Positions 53,649 through 62,900 of a DNA stretch of 64,000 nt are shown piece by piece. The position numbers and the translations under genes are program-made. The notes below the pieces were generated by a model, which worked only from the letters and a program-made list of their open reading frames with translations, was not told the origin of the DNA and ran no database searches. Position 1 is the stretch's first letter; each line of letters begins with the position of its first letter. The stretch is from Mycobacteriales bacterium. GTDB lineage: Bacteria > Actinomycetota > Actinomycetes > BP-191. The stretch lies in contig JBKJUS010000165.1 in assembly GCA_046590575.1 (NCBI GenBank), positions 8,635-72,634 on the forward strand, given 5' to 3'.

Positions 53649-53664
53649 AGCTCGGGTGGTACGC

Positions 53665-54558
53665 CTATGACCGCATCGGCTTGGTGGAGCGCATCACCGA
53701 GGTCGTGTCGCTGCTGAACTTCACGGCCTGGATCGTGCCGGTGGTCACGGCGTGCTCCTTGACGGTGAGCTGGTAGCGGTCAGCCACCCACGTCTCCATC
53801 TTCGACACGGCTTCGATGTCGCCGGAGAGCGTCAGGGTGCTCGTCACGACGGTGCAGAGCACCTTCTCGCCGCCGATGATGATCGTCTCCGTGCGGGCGA
53901 CTTTCGCCTCGAGAGCGGCGGTGGTGGCGTTGTCGGTCGACACGATGGTCCACTTCCAGGTGCGCCCTGCGGTCGGTGGTTGCGGCAGCAGCTGCACCGG
54001 CTTGATGGGGCGGAACTCCTTCACGAAGGCCGGCGTGGTCAGCTTCAGCTGCACCAGGTCGATGCTCGCCGTGGAGAAGCGCACAGTCTGCTCGGTGCTG
54101 CCCTGGTCTCCGCTGAGTGATGAGTGCTGATCGTCACCGGTGGCGGGGTCGACCTGCAGCTCCGACTGGCTGTCGACCGGTTGCTCGCCGCCGAGGTCGG
54201 AGCGGAAGGTGCCTGTCGTATCCAAGGTGTAGCCGCCCGGCGCCGCTGACAGGCGCTTCGCCGCGGGGCCGGGCGGCAGCGTCGAGACTGGGCTCGGGCT
54301 GGTGTCGCTCGGGATTCCGCTCACCGTCGTGCCGGGTGCGGGTACGACGGTCGCGCCGGGTTGACTCAGCCGCGACGCGCTGCTGCTGGGCACCGCCGCA
54401 GGTGGCGCCGCCGACGTCGCGGACGCGGTCGCCGTTGCCGTGGCGCCAGCCGTGGCGCCGTCGGCTCCGGTGCTGGAGTCGTCGCCACCAGAGCAGGCCG
54501 CAAGGGACAGTGCGAGGACGAGCGAAGCCGTCGTACGGCGGGCGCGAAGTGTGATCAC
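53665..54558 (-). CDS. Lipoprotein with Ser/Ala/Thr-rich linker, unknown function
   Basis: Signal/lipobox MITLRARRTTASLVLALSLAACSGG. A low-complexity linker precedes a beta-rich domain. Confidence 0.65.
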   Translation of the reverse strand: MITLRARRTTASLVLALSLAACSGGDDSSTGADGATAGATATATASATSAAPPAAVPSSSASRLSQPGATVVPAPGTTVSGIPSDTSPSPVSTLPPGPAAKRLSAAPGGYTLDTTGTFRSDLGGEQPVDSQSELQVDPATGDDQHSSLSGDQGSTEQTVRFSTASIDLVQLKLTTPAFVKEFRPIKPVQLLPQPPTAGRTWKWTIVSTDNATTAALEAKVARTETIIIGGEKVLCTVVTSTLTLSGDIEAVSKMETWVADRYQLTVKEHAVTTGTIQAVKFSSDTTSVMRSTKPMRS

Positions 54559-54601
54559 CGACCCATCCTCTCAGTCCTTGCACAAAATGCGGCTCGAGGA
54601 G

Positions 54602-57034
54602 TTAGAGGTCGGGCAGAACGACGCGCATGATGCCGCGACCGAAGGTCGCTGCGGTCAGCGTGTCGGTAGCGCGGTTGAAGTCGAGGTCCATGATCGGTGC
54701 CCGGGGGAGGTTGCGCCCGACGGCGGACCAGCGGGCACCGCCGTCGCGGGTGACGAAGACGCCGACGTCGGTGCCGACCAGGAGGGTGTCGCGGCCGACC
54801 GGCACGATCTCGTTGACCGGGGCGCCCGGCAGGTTTCCACTGATATCGCGGAAAGTGCGGCCGAAGTCGCTGGTACGCAGCACGTGTGCTCGCCCCGCAC
54901 CTGAGCGGTAGCCGGAGTAGGTGACGTAGAAGACGTTGGGGTCGGCCGGGTCAAATTCGACCCGGGTGACCCAGGCCTTCGCCGTGACGCTGCGCGGCGC
55001 CCGAACCTTGGTCCAGGTCTCGCCGAGGTCGCGCGTGGTCCAGACCAGGCCTTCGTCCGTGCCGACGACGAGGCGCTTGGAGTCCTTCGGCGCCGCGGCG
55101 ACCCAGGTGATGACCCCGTAGATGGGGTAGCCACCCGTGTCGAGCTGCTCCGGGTCGGTGGAGAGGTCCTCGCTGATCGCGGACCACGTCGCGCCGCCGT
55201 CGGTCGAGCGGTTGAGGACGTTGCCGCCGTAGTACATGACGTCAGGGTCCGTGGGGTCGAACTGCAGCGGCGTCCACCAGCCGCGCCGGTCCGACGTCGT
55301 GGCACCCAGCGACTGGAACGAGAAACCGCCGTCGAGCGAACGGGTGCACGAGCCGTATTGCGAGCAGCCGTAGACGGTGAGGTCGTTCTCCGGGTTGACC
55401 AACGTCTGCAGGCCGTCCCCGCACAACCCGTACTTCGTCCATGACTCGGGTCGTGACACGCCGCCGACCAGGTAGCTGCGCTGGCAGAGGTTGTCCTGCA
55501 GGCCGGTCACGATGCGACCCGGCTGCTGCCGGCTCACGCCGACGCTGTAGTGCTGGGTCCAGCCCTGCGAGACGCCGGCGACCCATGAGCCGACAAGTCC
55601 GTTGGCCCGCGAGCGGTACATGCCCCCGTCGTTGCCGAGGTAGACCAAGCCGCTTACTCGCGGGTGCCACACCATGGCGTGCTGGTCGGCGTGCACCGAC
55701 ACCTGGTGCAGGCCGGTGGCGACGCCGGCGAGCACAGACGAGTGCGGCACGAAGCTCACGCCGCCGTCGCGGGACTCGATCAGCTCGACGCCCGGGACGA
55801 ATACCCGCTGCGCATCAGCCGGGTCGACGAACAGACGCCCGAACCACCAGCCGTACGACGAGGAGTTGCCGGTGAGCATCGACGTGTCCGGGATGACCGT
55901 CCAGGTGGCCCCGGCGTCGTCCGACCGGAAGAAGCCGCTGTGCCCGCCGTTGGTGGCGATGACGAGGGAGTAGAGGCGGTTCGGGTTGTTCGTGCCGACC
56001 GCGACGCTGATGCGACCGGTCTCTTCGGGTGACTCACCAGTCGGACCGTTGGTCACCCGGGTCCACGTGCTGCCGCCGTCGAGAGAGCGGTAGAAACCCG
56101 AGCCGCGACCGCCGTACACCCGGTGGGTGGGGTAGCGCACGTGGTCCCACGTCGTCGCGTAGACCCGGTTGGGGTTTCCCGGGTCAAAGGCTAGGTCGGC
56201 CGCGCCGGTGGTCGGAGTGGAACCCTTGAGGACGAGGGTCCAGGTGCTGCCGCCGTCGAGGGAGCGGTACACGCCGCGCGGGCCGCCGGGCCGGTAGAGG
56301 TTGCCGGTCGCCGCGGCGAAGACCCGCTTGGGGTTCTTGGGGTCGACCACGATGCGGCCGAAGGCACCGGAGTTCGCCAACCCGACGTAGGTCCAGGTGC
56401 GGCCCTTGTTGCGCGAGCGGTAGATGCCGGTGCCGCCGAAGGTGACGCTGCCGCCGCCTGGACCGGCCTCACCGGTGCCCGCGTAGATCGCTCCGTCGCG
56501 GCCCACCGCTAACGCACCGATCGATTGGGTCAAGGTGTCCGGCCACGACGACGTGTAGGTGGTGCCGCCATCGGTGCTCTTCCACACCCCACCGGTGGCG
56601 GTGGCGATGTACAACGTGTTGTCCTCGGTCGCGTCGACGGCGATGTCGAGCACCCGTCCGCCGATGGCGGTCGGACCCATGAGCTGCCAACGCGCGGCGG
56701 CCAGCGCCGGGTCGCGTCGAGCGGTGTCCGTGGTAAGTGCGTCGGCCTCACCCATGGCTCGGGCATAAGCGGCCGGGTCCGCGGGAGCGCCTGACCCGTC
56801 GGCCCGCTGCGCGTCGAAGAACCCACCAGGCGCCGTGACCCCCCGGTCGTCACCCAGCAGCAGGTCGGGGTCGGTGATCCGGCGTACGGCGTCCGCGGTC
56901 GACAGCCGGGGGTCGGCGCCTCGGTCCGCCGTGGGGGCGGCTACTCCGGCGCCGTGAAGTGCCAGCGCGGCCAGCCCGGCAAGGAGTGTCATGGCGTTGG
57001 TCGCGCCGACCAGCCGCACGATCCGCAAGCTCAT
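54602..57034 (-). CDS. Secreted BNR/Asp-box (sortilin/GH74-like) double beta-propeller protein
   Basis: Track ORF runs to 57052 (GTG). ATG 57034 is preferred because GGGAGGA lies 10 nt upstream. Repeated Asp-box motifs: KSTDGGTTY, RSLDGGSTWT (x2), RSDDAGATWT, SRDGGVSF, RSTDGGATWS and TRDGGARWS. Confidence 0.8.
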   Translation of the reverse strand: MSLRIVRLVGATNAMTLLAGLAALALHGAGVAAPTADRGADPRLSTADAVRRITDPDLLLGDDRGVTAPGGFFDAQRADGSGAPADPAAYARAMGEADALTTDTARRDPALAAARWQLMGPTAIGGRVLDIAVDATEDNTLYIATATGGVWKSTDGGTTYTSSWPDTLTQSIGALAVGRDGAIYAGTGEAGPGGGSVTFGGTGIYRSRNKGRTWTYVGLANSGAFGRIVVDPKNPKRVFAAATGNLYRPGGPRGVYRSLDGGSTWTLVLKGSTPTTGAADLAFDPGNPNRVYATTWDHVRYPTHRVYGGRGSGFYRSLDGGSTWTRVTNGPTGESPEETGRISVAVGTNNPNRLYSLVIATNGGHSGFFRSDDAGATWTVIPDTSMLTGNSSSYGWWFGRLFVDPADAQRVFVPGVELIESRDGGVSFVPHSSVLAGVATGLHQVSVHADQHAMVWHPRVSGLVYLGNDGGMYRSRANGLVGSWVAGVSQGWTQHYSVGVSRQQPGRIVTGLQDNLCQRSYLVGGVSRPESWTKYGLCGDGLQTLVNPENDLTVYGCSQYGSCTRSLDGGFSFQSLGATTSDRRGWWTPLQFDPTDPDVMYYGGNVLNRSTDGGATWSAISEDLSTDPEQLDTGGYPIYGVITWVAAAPKDSKRLVVGTDEGLVWTTRDLGETWTKVRAPRSVTAKAWVTRVEFDPADPNVFYVTYSGYRSGAGRAHVLRTSDFGRTFRDISGNLPGAPVNEIVPVGRDTLLVGTDVGVFVTRDGGARWSAVGRNLPRAPIMDLDFNRATDTLTAATFGRGIMRVVLPDL

Positions 57035-57140
57035 CAGGGGTCGTCCTCCCACATCGTCGTTCCGCTACCGACAGCACTTCGTCACCGCCTGGTTGATCCC
57101 TGTCGGGAGGAATCCCGCGTCGGAGGGCCAATATGAGGTC

Positions 57141-58079
57141 ATGCGGAGTTCCCGAGGTGGCCTGGTCGCGCTCGCGACGGCGATCGCGCTGACCTGCGGC
57201 CTCGGCGTCGTCGCCGCGGGAGAACGCACCCAGCGGGTGCTGCCCGCCGCTGCCATCGGGCCCGAACTGCGGCCCGACCCCACCGACACCCTCGCCGGGA
57301 CGCCTGGTGGCGAAGTGCTGCCCCCGGTTCTTGTGGAGGCGCCGCCGCCACCGGCTCCGGCCGTCGAACGGCCCGCACCGCGCGATACGCCGCCACGCCC
57401 CCCTCAGAAGCGGATGACTCGGCCCCCACAGGCACCGCGGGCACCGAAAGTCTGCCCGCCAGCGCCGGCGGTGCCGAGCACCCGCGCGACCCGGGCGCGG
57501 GTGACCGTGGGCTCGATCGCCGTCTATGCGTCACCGGGCGCGGCCAAGCCAACCCGCACGATGAGCAATCCGCGTGAGGAGGACGGGCTCCCGCTCGACT
57601 TCGTGGTGCGGGAACGGCGTGGCGAGTGGATCAAGGTCCAGCTGGCGGTGCGCCCGAACTTCACCTATGGCTGGGTGCGCGTCCGCGACGTAGAGCTATC
57701 CGGGCTCCCCTACCGCATCGTCATCGAGCTCTGCGCATTCCGGATGACCTTGTACAAGGACGGCCAGGTCGTGATGCGCGAGGTCGTCGCAATTGGCAAG
57801 CCCCAGTACCCGACGCCACGCGGCGAGTTCTACGTCGACTACATCTACCCGTTCAGCATGCGGAGTGGCTACGGTCCGTGGTTGCTGAGCATCGCCGGGT
57901 TCTCCGACGTGCTCAAGAACTTCGCCGGCGGGCGTGGCCAGATAGCCCTGCACGGCACCGGCGCCCGCTGGTCACTCGGTCGTCAGGCCAGCCACGGCTG
58001 CGTGCGGCTCTCCCCGGCAGCGGTTACCCGGCTCAAGGACCTGGTCAAGCCTGGCACCCCGGTCAGCATCGTCGCCTGA
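57141..58079 (+). CDS. L,D-transpeptidase (YkuD) family protein
   Basis: Track ORF 56991..58079, trimmed to ATG 57141 with GAGG upstream. A signal/anchor, then a Pro-rich linker. Catalytic IALHGTG...SHGCVRL. Confidence 0.85.
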   Translation: MRSSRGGLVALATAIALTCGLGVVAAGERTQRVLPAAAIGPELRPDPTDTLAGTPGGEVLPPVLVEAPPPPAPAVERPAPRDTPPRPPQKRMTRPPQAPRAPKVCPPAPAVPSTRATRARVTVGSIAVYASPGAAKPTRTMSNPREEDGLPLDFVVRERRGEWIKVQLAVRPNFTYGWVRVRDVELSGLPYRIVIELCAFRMTLYKDGQVVMREVVAIGKPQYPTPRGEFYVDYIYPFSMRSGYGPWLLSIAGFSDVLKNFAGGRGQIALHGTGARWSLGRQASHGCVRLSPAAVTRLKDLVKPGTPVSIVA

Positions 58080-58112
58080 CAGGTGCAGTGAGCAATCGCC
58101 GGGGAGCGGTGC

Positions 58113-58541
58113 TCAGCCGCGGAATGGTGGCGGCGGGGGAGCGAGATCGGCCCGGGGGCAGATCTCGAGCGAGAGGCCGCCGAAGCTCAGCGCCTCGTCA
58201 CAGAGCGACACCACAGTCCAGCCCTGCTCCTGGCCGAGTGACGTGACCGTCACCCGGTAGATCGTGATGTCGTATCGGGTGGGTGTGCCGTACGCCACCT
58301 GCATCGCGCCGAGCAGGTGGATGTCGGCGAGGGCGTTCTCGCCTGGCTCGGCCGGGCGGTCGAAGCGGCGCCAGAGAGACGGTGTGGCGTGCCAGTGGCC
58401 GCCGGCGCTGACATCCTGTACAGCCAGCTCGACCAGCACGAGACGAGCTGCCTCCTCCGGCAGGATGGCCGCGGGCCGGATCACCTCGGTGACAACGCCG
58501 TCGTCGTACGCCTCGGCCATCAGCCGTTCGAACTCGTTCAC
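58113..58541 (-). CDS. Hypothetical protein
   Basis: Track ORF 58113..58613. It has a balanced, protein-like composition from VNEFERLMAEAYDDG onward. No family was recognised and the start is uncertain. Confidence 0.4.
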   Translation of the reverse strand: MNEFERLMAEAYDDGVVTEVIRPAAILPEEAARLVLVELAVQDVSAGGHWHATPSLWRRFDRPAEPGENALADIHLLGAMQVAYGTPTRYDITIYRVTVTSLGQEQGWTVVSLCDEALSFGGLSLEICPRADLAPPPPPFRG

Positions 58542-58758
58542 GGCGCTCCTGTCAGCTGCCGGTCCAGCGGACCGCACGCGAGGAGTATCGGCCGATAGCC
58601 GCGCGCACTCCACTGCCGGGCGATCGCAATCGTCGCCTGGCCGATACCGCGGGTGTCGGCCAGGTGACAGTCCGATGACTTTAGATTCGCCAGAATTCGA
58701 CCGAGATGCGGTGCTCTACCGAGCGCCGTCAACCCGAACCCGACGTAGGGGGAGCGCA

Positions 58759-59856
58759 ATGATGGCATCGAGGTACCGGGCACGGCATTCAGCGCGGCGG
58801 GAGCAGGGTCGACTGCGCGCGGTCGCTGCCGGCACCGCCGCCACCCTTGCTTTCGGCGGGCTTGTCGTCGCTCTCGGGTCGCCGACCGCGAGTGCTGAGG
58901 AGATCTGCACGCGGAAGTGCTACTCCGCAGTCGTCGCACCGCAGTCGAGCCCGGCCAGCACCTCGGTCGGATTCGGACTGACGTTGACCAACCTCGTCGA
59001 CGCCGGGGCGCAGCGACTCGGCTCGGCCGACCTCACACCACCGGCTGGCTTCTCGATCACGTCGGTGGACGCGCCTGCTCGCGGCTCAGCTGCGCTCGTC
59101 GGCGGCGTCATCCAGTTCCGGAACATCGACCTGGCCGAGGGAGCGGTCGCGACGTACACCTTCACGGGAACCACACCCGCGGCAACCGGTACCTACACCT
59201 GGTTGGTCGCGGCGAAGCAGGCCAACGACTTCAGCGGCGTCGGTAACTCCCTGGCATTGGACAAGCCGCTCAGTGATCTGACCACCTCGGTGACATCCCC
59301 GCCGCCCCCGCCGCCCCCGCCGCCCTGCGTGCCCGTTCCGGGTGAGTTTGACTGCGCCGACAGCGAGATCGACTACAGCAAGGACAACTTCCTCAGCACC
59401 GGCGACGTACCTGACGCGCTCGTGGAGAAGGTCGTCGTCAAGGCCTTCCTCGCGGCCACCAGCAATGTGGGCACCCAGCCCTACCGGATCAGCGCGTTGA
59501 GCACTCCGGGCGCATGCCCGCTCAACGGCGACTTGGTGGGATGCACCTTCGGGGGGCGCTTCACCAAGGTGCCCACCCAGTACGCAGGCGTCCAGGTCAG
59601 ATTCACCTTCCTCTGCGACTTCAGCGTGTGCAAATCGACCTCGTCGGTGGTCAGCATGACCCACTTCAACGAGGAAACCGGCGTGAACACGCAGATCCCG
59701 TCGTGCTCTCTCGCCCCGAGCTCCAACTGCTGGAAGATGGGCGCACCTCAGCCCGGGTACCACACGATCATCGTTGAGAACAACCCCGTCGGCGACCCAC
59801 GGATCGCCGGCATCATGGTCGGCCCGGAGCAGGGACCGGAGATCGGCGCGGCCTGA
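58759..59856 (+). CDS. Secreted two-domain protein: Ig-like (DUF11/CARDB-like) domain, Pro9 linker, Cys-rich C-terminal domain
   Basis: Track ORF 58264..59856, trimmed to ATG 58759 with GGGGGAG upstream. Signal peptide ending in ASA-EE. PPPPPPPPP tract. 10 Cys after the linker. Confidence 0.65.
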   Translation: MMASRYRARHSARREQGRLRAVAAGTAATLAFGGLVVALGSPTASAEEICTRKCYSAVVAPQSSPASTSVGFGLTLTNLVDAGAQRLGSADLTPPAGFSITSVDAPARGSAALVGGVIQFRNIDLAEGAVATYTFTGTTPAATGTYTWLVAAKQANDFSGVGNSLALDKPLSDLTTSVTSPPPPPPPPPCVPVPGEFDCADSEIDYSKDNFLSTGDVPDALVEKVVVKAFLAATSNVGTQPYRISALSTPGACPLNGDLVGCTFGGRFTKVPTQYAGVQVRFTFLCDFSVCKSTSSVVSMTHFNEETGVNTQIPSCSLAPSSNCWKMGAPQPGYHTIIVENNPVGDPRIAGIMVGPEQGPEIGAA

Positions 59857-59885
59857 CGTTGGGCTAGCCACACCGCATCGCCGCT

Positions 59886-59920
59886 GACGGCGGGTGCCCC
59901 TTCCCGGGGTGCCCGCCGTC
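59886..59920. terminator. 15-bp GC-rich hairpin between convergent genes (candidate bidirectional terminator)
   Basis: gacggcgggtgcccc-ttccc-ggggtgcccgccgtc, with two G-U pairs. It lies between the stops at 59856 and 59983. Confidence 0.5.
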
Positions 59921-59982
59921 GGTGCGTCCGGACGGCGACGACCTTCGAGCGAGAGTGGGTACGGGGTCTGGTCGGTGGCAGG

Positions 59983-62900
59983 TCAGGAGAGGCGCGTGGT
60001 CAACAGCGCAGGCGGCTCCGGGACCTGCACGACGCCGAGGCGGGCCAGGATCTCCGCGGACTCCGCGCGCAACGCGGTGGAGTCGCCACCGAGGCGCTCG
60101 GTGACGTCGGCCAAGGCGCGTTGGGTGAGCGCCACCTCGTAATCGGTACGCCGGGCCCGCGCGGCCGCCAAGCTGTGCTCGAAGGCCGCCTCGGCCGCGG
60201 TGATGTCGCCCCGCGCGGCGTGCGCATAGCCGACGATGCGGTGCAGCAGGGGCTCCTGCGGGTCACCGCCCGCCGCGTCGTCGGCGGGTAGGTCGACGAG
60301 CGCGAGCGCAAGGTCGCCGTCCCCGCGCAGGACGAGGCACTCGGCGATGCACGCCTCAGTGCTGCGCAGGTCACCCTCGGCGCCGGCTGCGTGAAACTCC
60401 GCCTGCGCCTCCTCAAGCAGCTCCATCGCTTCGTCGAACCGGCCGGCCCGGGCCGCGAGCCGACCCAGCGTGCTGCGGGCATAGGCCACGCCGGCTCGGT
60501 CGCCGGCGGCCCCCCACACCCGGAGCGCTTTGCGGATCAGTGGCTCAGCCTCGTCAAGGCGACCCTGGTCGCTGCGGATCTCGGCGATGTTGACCGCACT
60601 GATCGCAGCGTTGACGGCGTCGCCGATCTGCTCCCATGCCGCCCCACCCCGCTCGTAGAGCGTCACGGCATCGTCCCAGCGGCCCTGCCAGTAGGCGCGG
60701 GTGCCGAGGTTGTTGAGGACGACGCCCTGCCCCCAGAGGTCGTCGAGCTCGAGGTAGAGCTCCAGGGCCTGGTCGCTGTACGCCGCCTTCTCCCACTGGC
60801 CCAGCATCCCGAACGTCGCGTCGAGGAAGGAGTAGGCGCGAGCCATCGACTCCTTGTCACCGGCGAGCTGCGCCTCTTCCAGGCATCGGGTCGACCATTT
60901 CACGACGAGGCGCATGCGGCCTTCGTCCTTGGCCAGCGAGGCGAAGGCAACGGAAACTTGCGCTCGCAAGGTAGCTGCCTCGCTTCCCTCGGCGCCGGCG
61001 AGGGCCTTCTTCGCCTGGAAGAACCAGCGGCGGGCCTGCGCGAACCGACCCATCCGTTGTCGGACGACGCCCTGTTTGAGCAGCATTCGCGCGCGGCCGA
61101 TGAGATCGTCGCCGAACGCTATACGCGCCGCGCGGTAGGCCCGCGCTGCGCGCCCGAACTCGCCAATGCGTTGTCGTACGTCGCCGTGCGCCTCGTGCAA
61201 CGGCGCCAGCTCAATCGGGTCGAGGCGCAGCCGCTCCGCAGCGTCGATCGCCCGAACGTAGAAGTTGGCTGCCTCGACCGCGGCGTAGATCGCCCGCGCC
61301 TGCTCGGCCGCGAGGCGGGAGTAGTGCAGGGCGGCCGGATAGCGGTGCGCACTCGCATAGTGCAGCGAGAGCAGACCGGCCAGGGTTGCTGAATCCCCCT
61401 CAGAGGCACGCTCCAGCGTCTCGCCGACCCGCGCGTGGAGCTCCCGGCGCAGCCGGAAGGGCATGCTCTCGTAGGCGCCGTCGCGGATCAGGGTGTGCTG
61501 GAAGCGGAAGGAACGGGGACCATCGGGTGCGACGAACTCGGCGAGCCGCCCCCAGGCCGGGTCGTCGTCACCGGGCAGCTCGTCGCCGAGCGTCGACTCG
61601 GCCAACTGCCGGTCGAAGGTCGTGCCGAGCACCGACAGGCGCCGCAGCAGCGATCGCTCGCGGCTGGGCAGACGGTCGATGCGGGCCATCACCACCGCTT
61701 CCAGTGAGTCCGGCAGCTCGGCGACCGACCGGTCTCCCCCCGCCCTAGTCGCAGTGAGGAGCTCGGCGAGGAACAGCGGGTTCCCGCCGGCCCTCGCTAC
61801 GAGCGCAGCTGTTTCGTGCGGAGCGAACGGGCGGTCCTCGGTCAACGCCTCGGCGAGAGCCGTCAGGTGCTCGTCGGCCAGCGGGCCAGGGCAGAGCTGG
61901 GTTGCCTGCGGGGTGCGGGGCGCGGACAGGCCAGTCTCGACGTCGCGGCGCAGGAGGCAGAAGAGCCAGGGCTGCTCCTCCATCTCCAGCATGAGCGCAC
62001 GCAGCAGGTCTGCCGAGGCCTCGTCGACCCAGTGCGCGTCGTCGATCACGACGACCGTCGGCCCCGACAGCAGGCGCTCCAGCAGGTGCACGACGGAGGA
62101 CTCCAGACGGGCCTTGCGGAAGCCGTCGTCCAGACGATCAACCTCCGCCGTAGGCGAGACCACGGCGTGCAGGGGGATGGCGATCAGCGGCGCCCACGGC
62201 AGCAGGTCCGCCGCGACGGCGCCAAGCATCTCGAGCAGCTGACGTCCGGCGGTCTCCTGGTCGGAGTCGGCGTCGATGCCGAGCACTCCCCGGAGCAGCT
62301 GCCGGACCGCGTGGTATGGCGTGAGCCGCTCGTACGAGTGACCGGACCCACTGACCCGGCTCACATCTGTCGCATCGGCCAGCAGCTCTTCGACGAGGCG
62401 TGACTTGCCGATGCCCGGCTCGCCGACGATCTCAAAGAGGCTGCCGCGGCCGGCGCGGGCGGACTCGAGGGCCAGGCGCAGCGCACCCAGCTCCGCGTCG
62501 CGGCCGACGAGGGGTCCGGTGCGGGAGACCGGCGCCGTGGTCTGCGAAGCAACCATCGGCCCGACCACGAGAGCCCGCACCAGCGCGCTCTTCCCCTTGA
62601 CCGCGAAGGGTTCGAGGGCTGTGGTCTCGAACCGTCCGTCCAGCCGCTCGCCCACGACCTCGGTCATCAGGATCTGACTGGAGCCCGCTTTGCCCATCAC
62701 CCTCGCGGCCAGGTTCACCGCGTCGCCCATCACGGTGTACGTCCGGCGGTAGTGCGGTCCGATGGCGCCGGCGAAGACGGCGCCCCGGTTGACCCCGGCC
62801 CGCACCGTGAGACGTCGGTCGACGGCCAGCACGTCGCGCAAGGCGACCAGCATTCCGAAGTCATCGGCGCCCGTCGTCACCGGTGCGCCGGCAACAAGGA

